NCBI GenBank assembly: GCA_958009085.1
Contig: OY253681.1
Span: forward strand, 930,001 to 994,000
Direction: 5' to 3'
Origin: Protoeuglena noctilucae
Lineage: Eukaryota
Length of the DNA: 64,000 nucleotides
The translations under genes were made by a program, and so were the position numbers. Of the stretch, positions 62,745-64,000 are shown piece after piece. The first letter of the stretch is position 1. The number at the start of each line of letters is the position of its first letter. The notes beneath the pieces are model-generated. The model was not told where the DNA came from. It saw only the letters and a list, made by a program, of their open reading frames with translations, and ran no database searches.

Positions 62745-64000
62745 GCTGCTGCTGGTCGAGTGCATGGCTGGATGTGCTGTTGATGCTCTTGCGCGCGCTG
62801 AAGAGGAAGGATTGAGAGCAGCGGTGATGCGATGGCGAGCGCATGCGCTTGCGCGTGCATGCATGCGACGGTGCTGGGGTGAGTGGTCGGGGCGGTGGCA
62901 TGGGAGTGGCTATGCGGTGAGGCGTGTCGACCGTGCGCTGCGCTGTACAAGCGGGCGGTGGCTAATGTGACAGCTGCTGTGCAGGACATGGGTGGGGTAG
63001 GTGCCGCGCATGGCGGACCGTGCGCTGGTCGTGGGATGGCGAGGCGGGGGGAGGCTGCCAGCGCTGGAGGGCGTCAGAGACGTGCTCTGAGGCTGCACGG
63101 AGGGCAGCAGCGTGTGACATGGGCCCTGCTGTATCTGCTGCTGACCAGGTGAGGGAGGCTGCGACGCGTGCGTGCGTTGCGAGACCTCGTGGACTGCCGT
63201 GGGGCAGTAGGCTGGCTGCGAAATGTGAGGTAGGTGCTGACTGACTTTCCTTCAACAAGGCTCACAGCTAAGGTCGCTGACCTATCTCTTGCCACTCTCG
63301 CCCGGGGCCCTCAAGCAGTGGCTTCAGCTGCTTTGGCAGCGCCAGGGCCAGCAGCTACCAACATTAGGGAAGGTCGCATCAACGGTGTAGCATACATCAC
63401 CACCGCCTAGCCAAAAAGAGGGCGAGGCCCTGGACCCGGCGAGCCGGTCAAGGGAGGGGTCCCTTGGGAAGTTACTGAGCAGGGCGAGGGGCCCTGGAGA
63501 GGAAAAGCCCCCTGAGGGACTATAAGCACACCCCCCCAGGGGAGGGGAGGAATGGTGGGGTCATGCAGCGTCAGATACAGACGGGAGAGGGAGCAGGTGC
63601 CGCGTGGGATGCGGCACGAGGTGGCTGCAGCGCCACAGCTACTGCTGCAGCACGGTAAGGATCACAGCAACCGGGGGGGGGGCTGGGTGGGCCCCCCACT
63701 CTGAGGGGGCCGACAAGTGGGGGCAGCCTACACGGCGGGCACAACGCAGCGCGCCGGCTGTGGTTCACCGGCGGCGGTGGGGGGGGAGAGGTGGGCAGCC
63801 GAGGCAGCCTGCCCACCATAGGGGCACCGAGAACTCGCCAGGAGGCAGAGAAGACCACCTCTCTCTGCGCCTCGGGGCTGGCAGCCCCCTCAAGGTGGAG
63901 CGCGAGAGTGCAAGCCGATGGGGAAGGGGAGAGCGCACCCCACACTCGGTGCTGGCTCGCGATCCATGCCGAACCACCTCCTCGCCTTCGCGATCTCCTG

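Noticed and set aside
138..63977. Many long Arg/Gly/Pro/Ala-rich ORFs (e.g. 34452-36542, 18110-19777, 46243-47619, 50141-51475)
   Set aside because: They are antisense or off-frame shadows of real exons; stop codons are rare at this GC content and no motifs are recognisable.
63250..64000. Possible transposon end or 3' end of a minus-strand gene
   Set aside because: No terminal repeat, no transposase or RT motif and no recognisable protein; truncated by the window edge.

Overview
A very GC-rich, gene-dense, intron-containing eukaryotic nuclear segment, most likely from a green alga. Support: plastid-type 2-Cys peroxiredoxin, ChlD-family chelatase, chlorophyte-type FAD/Fe-S glycolate/D-lactate dehydrogenase, IBR5-like phosphatase and DUF506. 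I reconstructed about 25 spliced protein-coding genes by eye; most long ORFs in the supplied track are GC-driven shadows. No rRNA, tRNA, CRISPR or clear transposon was seen, and there is one 200-N gap. Main observations: (1) two otherwise intact genes for secreted or membrane proteins each carry one in-frame stop (TGA at 16814, TAG at 58907) at or next to a position where Trp is expected, which could mean A-to-I editing, readthrough, nonsense alleles or errors; (2) a glycolate/D-lactate dehydrogenase lies head-to-head with an alanine/glyoxylate-type aminotransferase, the next step of photorespiration; (3) more than 20 introns need GC rather than GT donors; (4) gene orientation alternates almost strictly; (5) tandem repeats copy exon-end plus splice-donor or stop-codon junctions in the first 6 kb; (6) unusual architectures: FHA-parvulin, single-module ZPR1 and TPM-TM-split RING. 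All family calls come from remembered motifs, not database searches, and several start codons are approximate.
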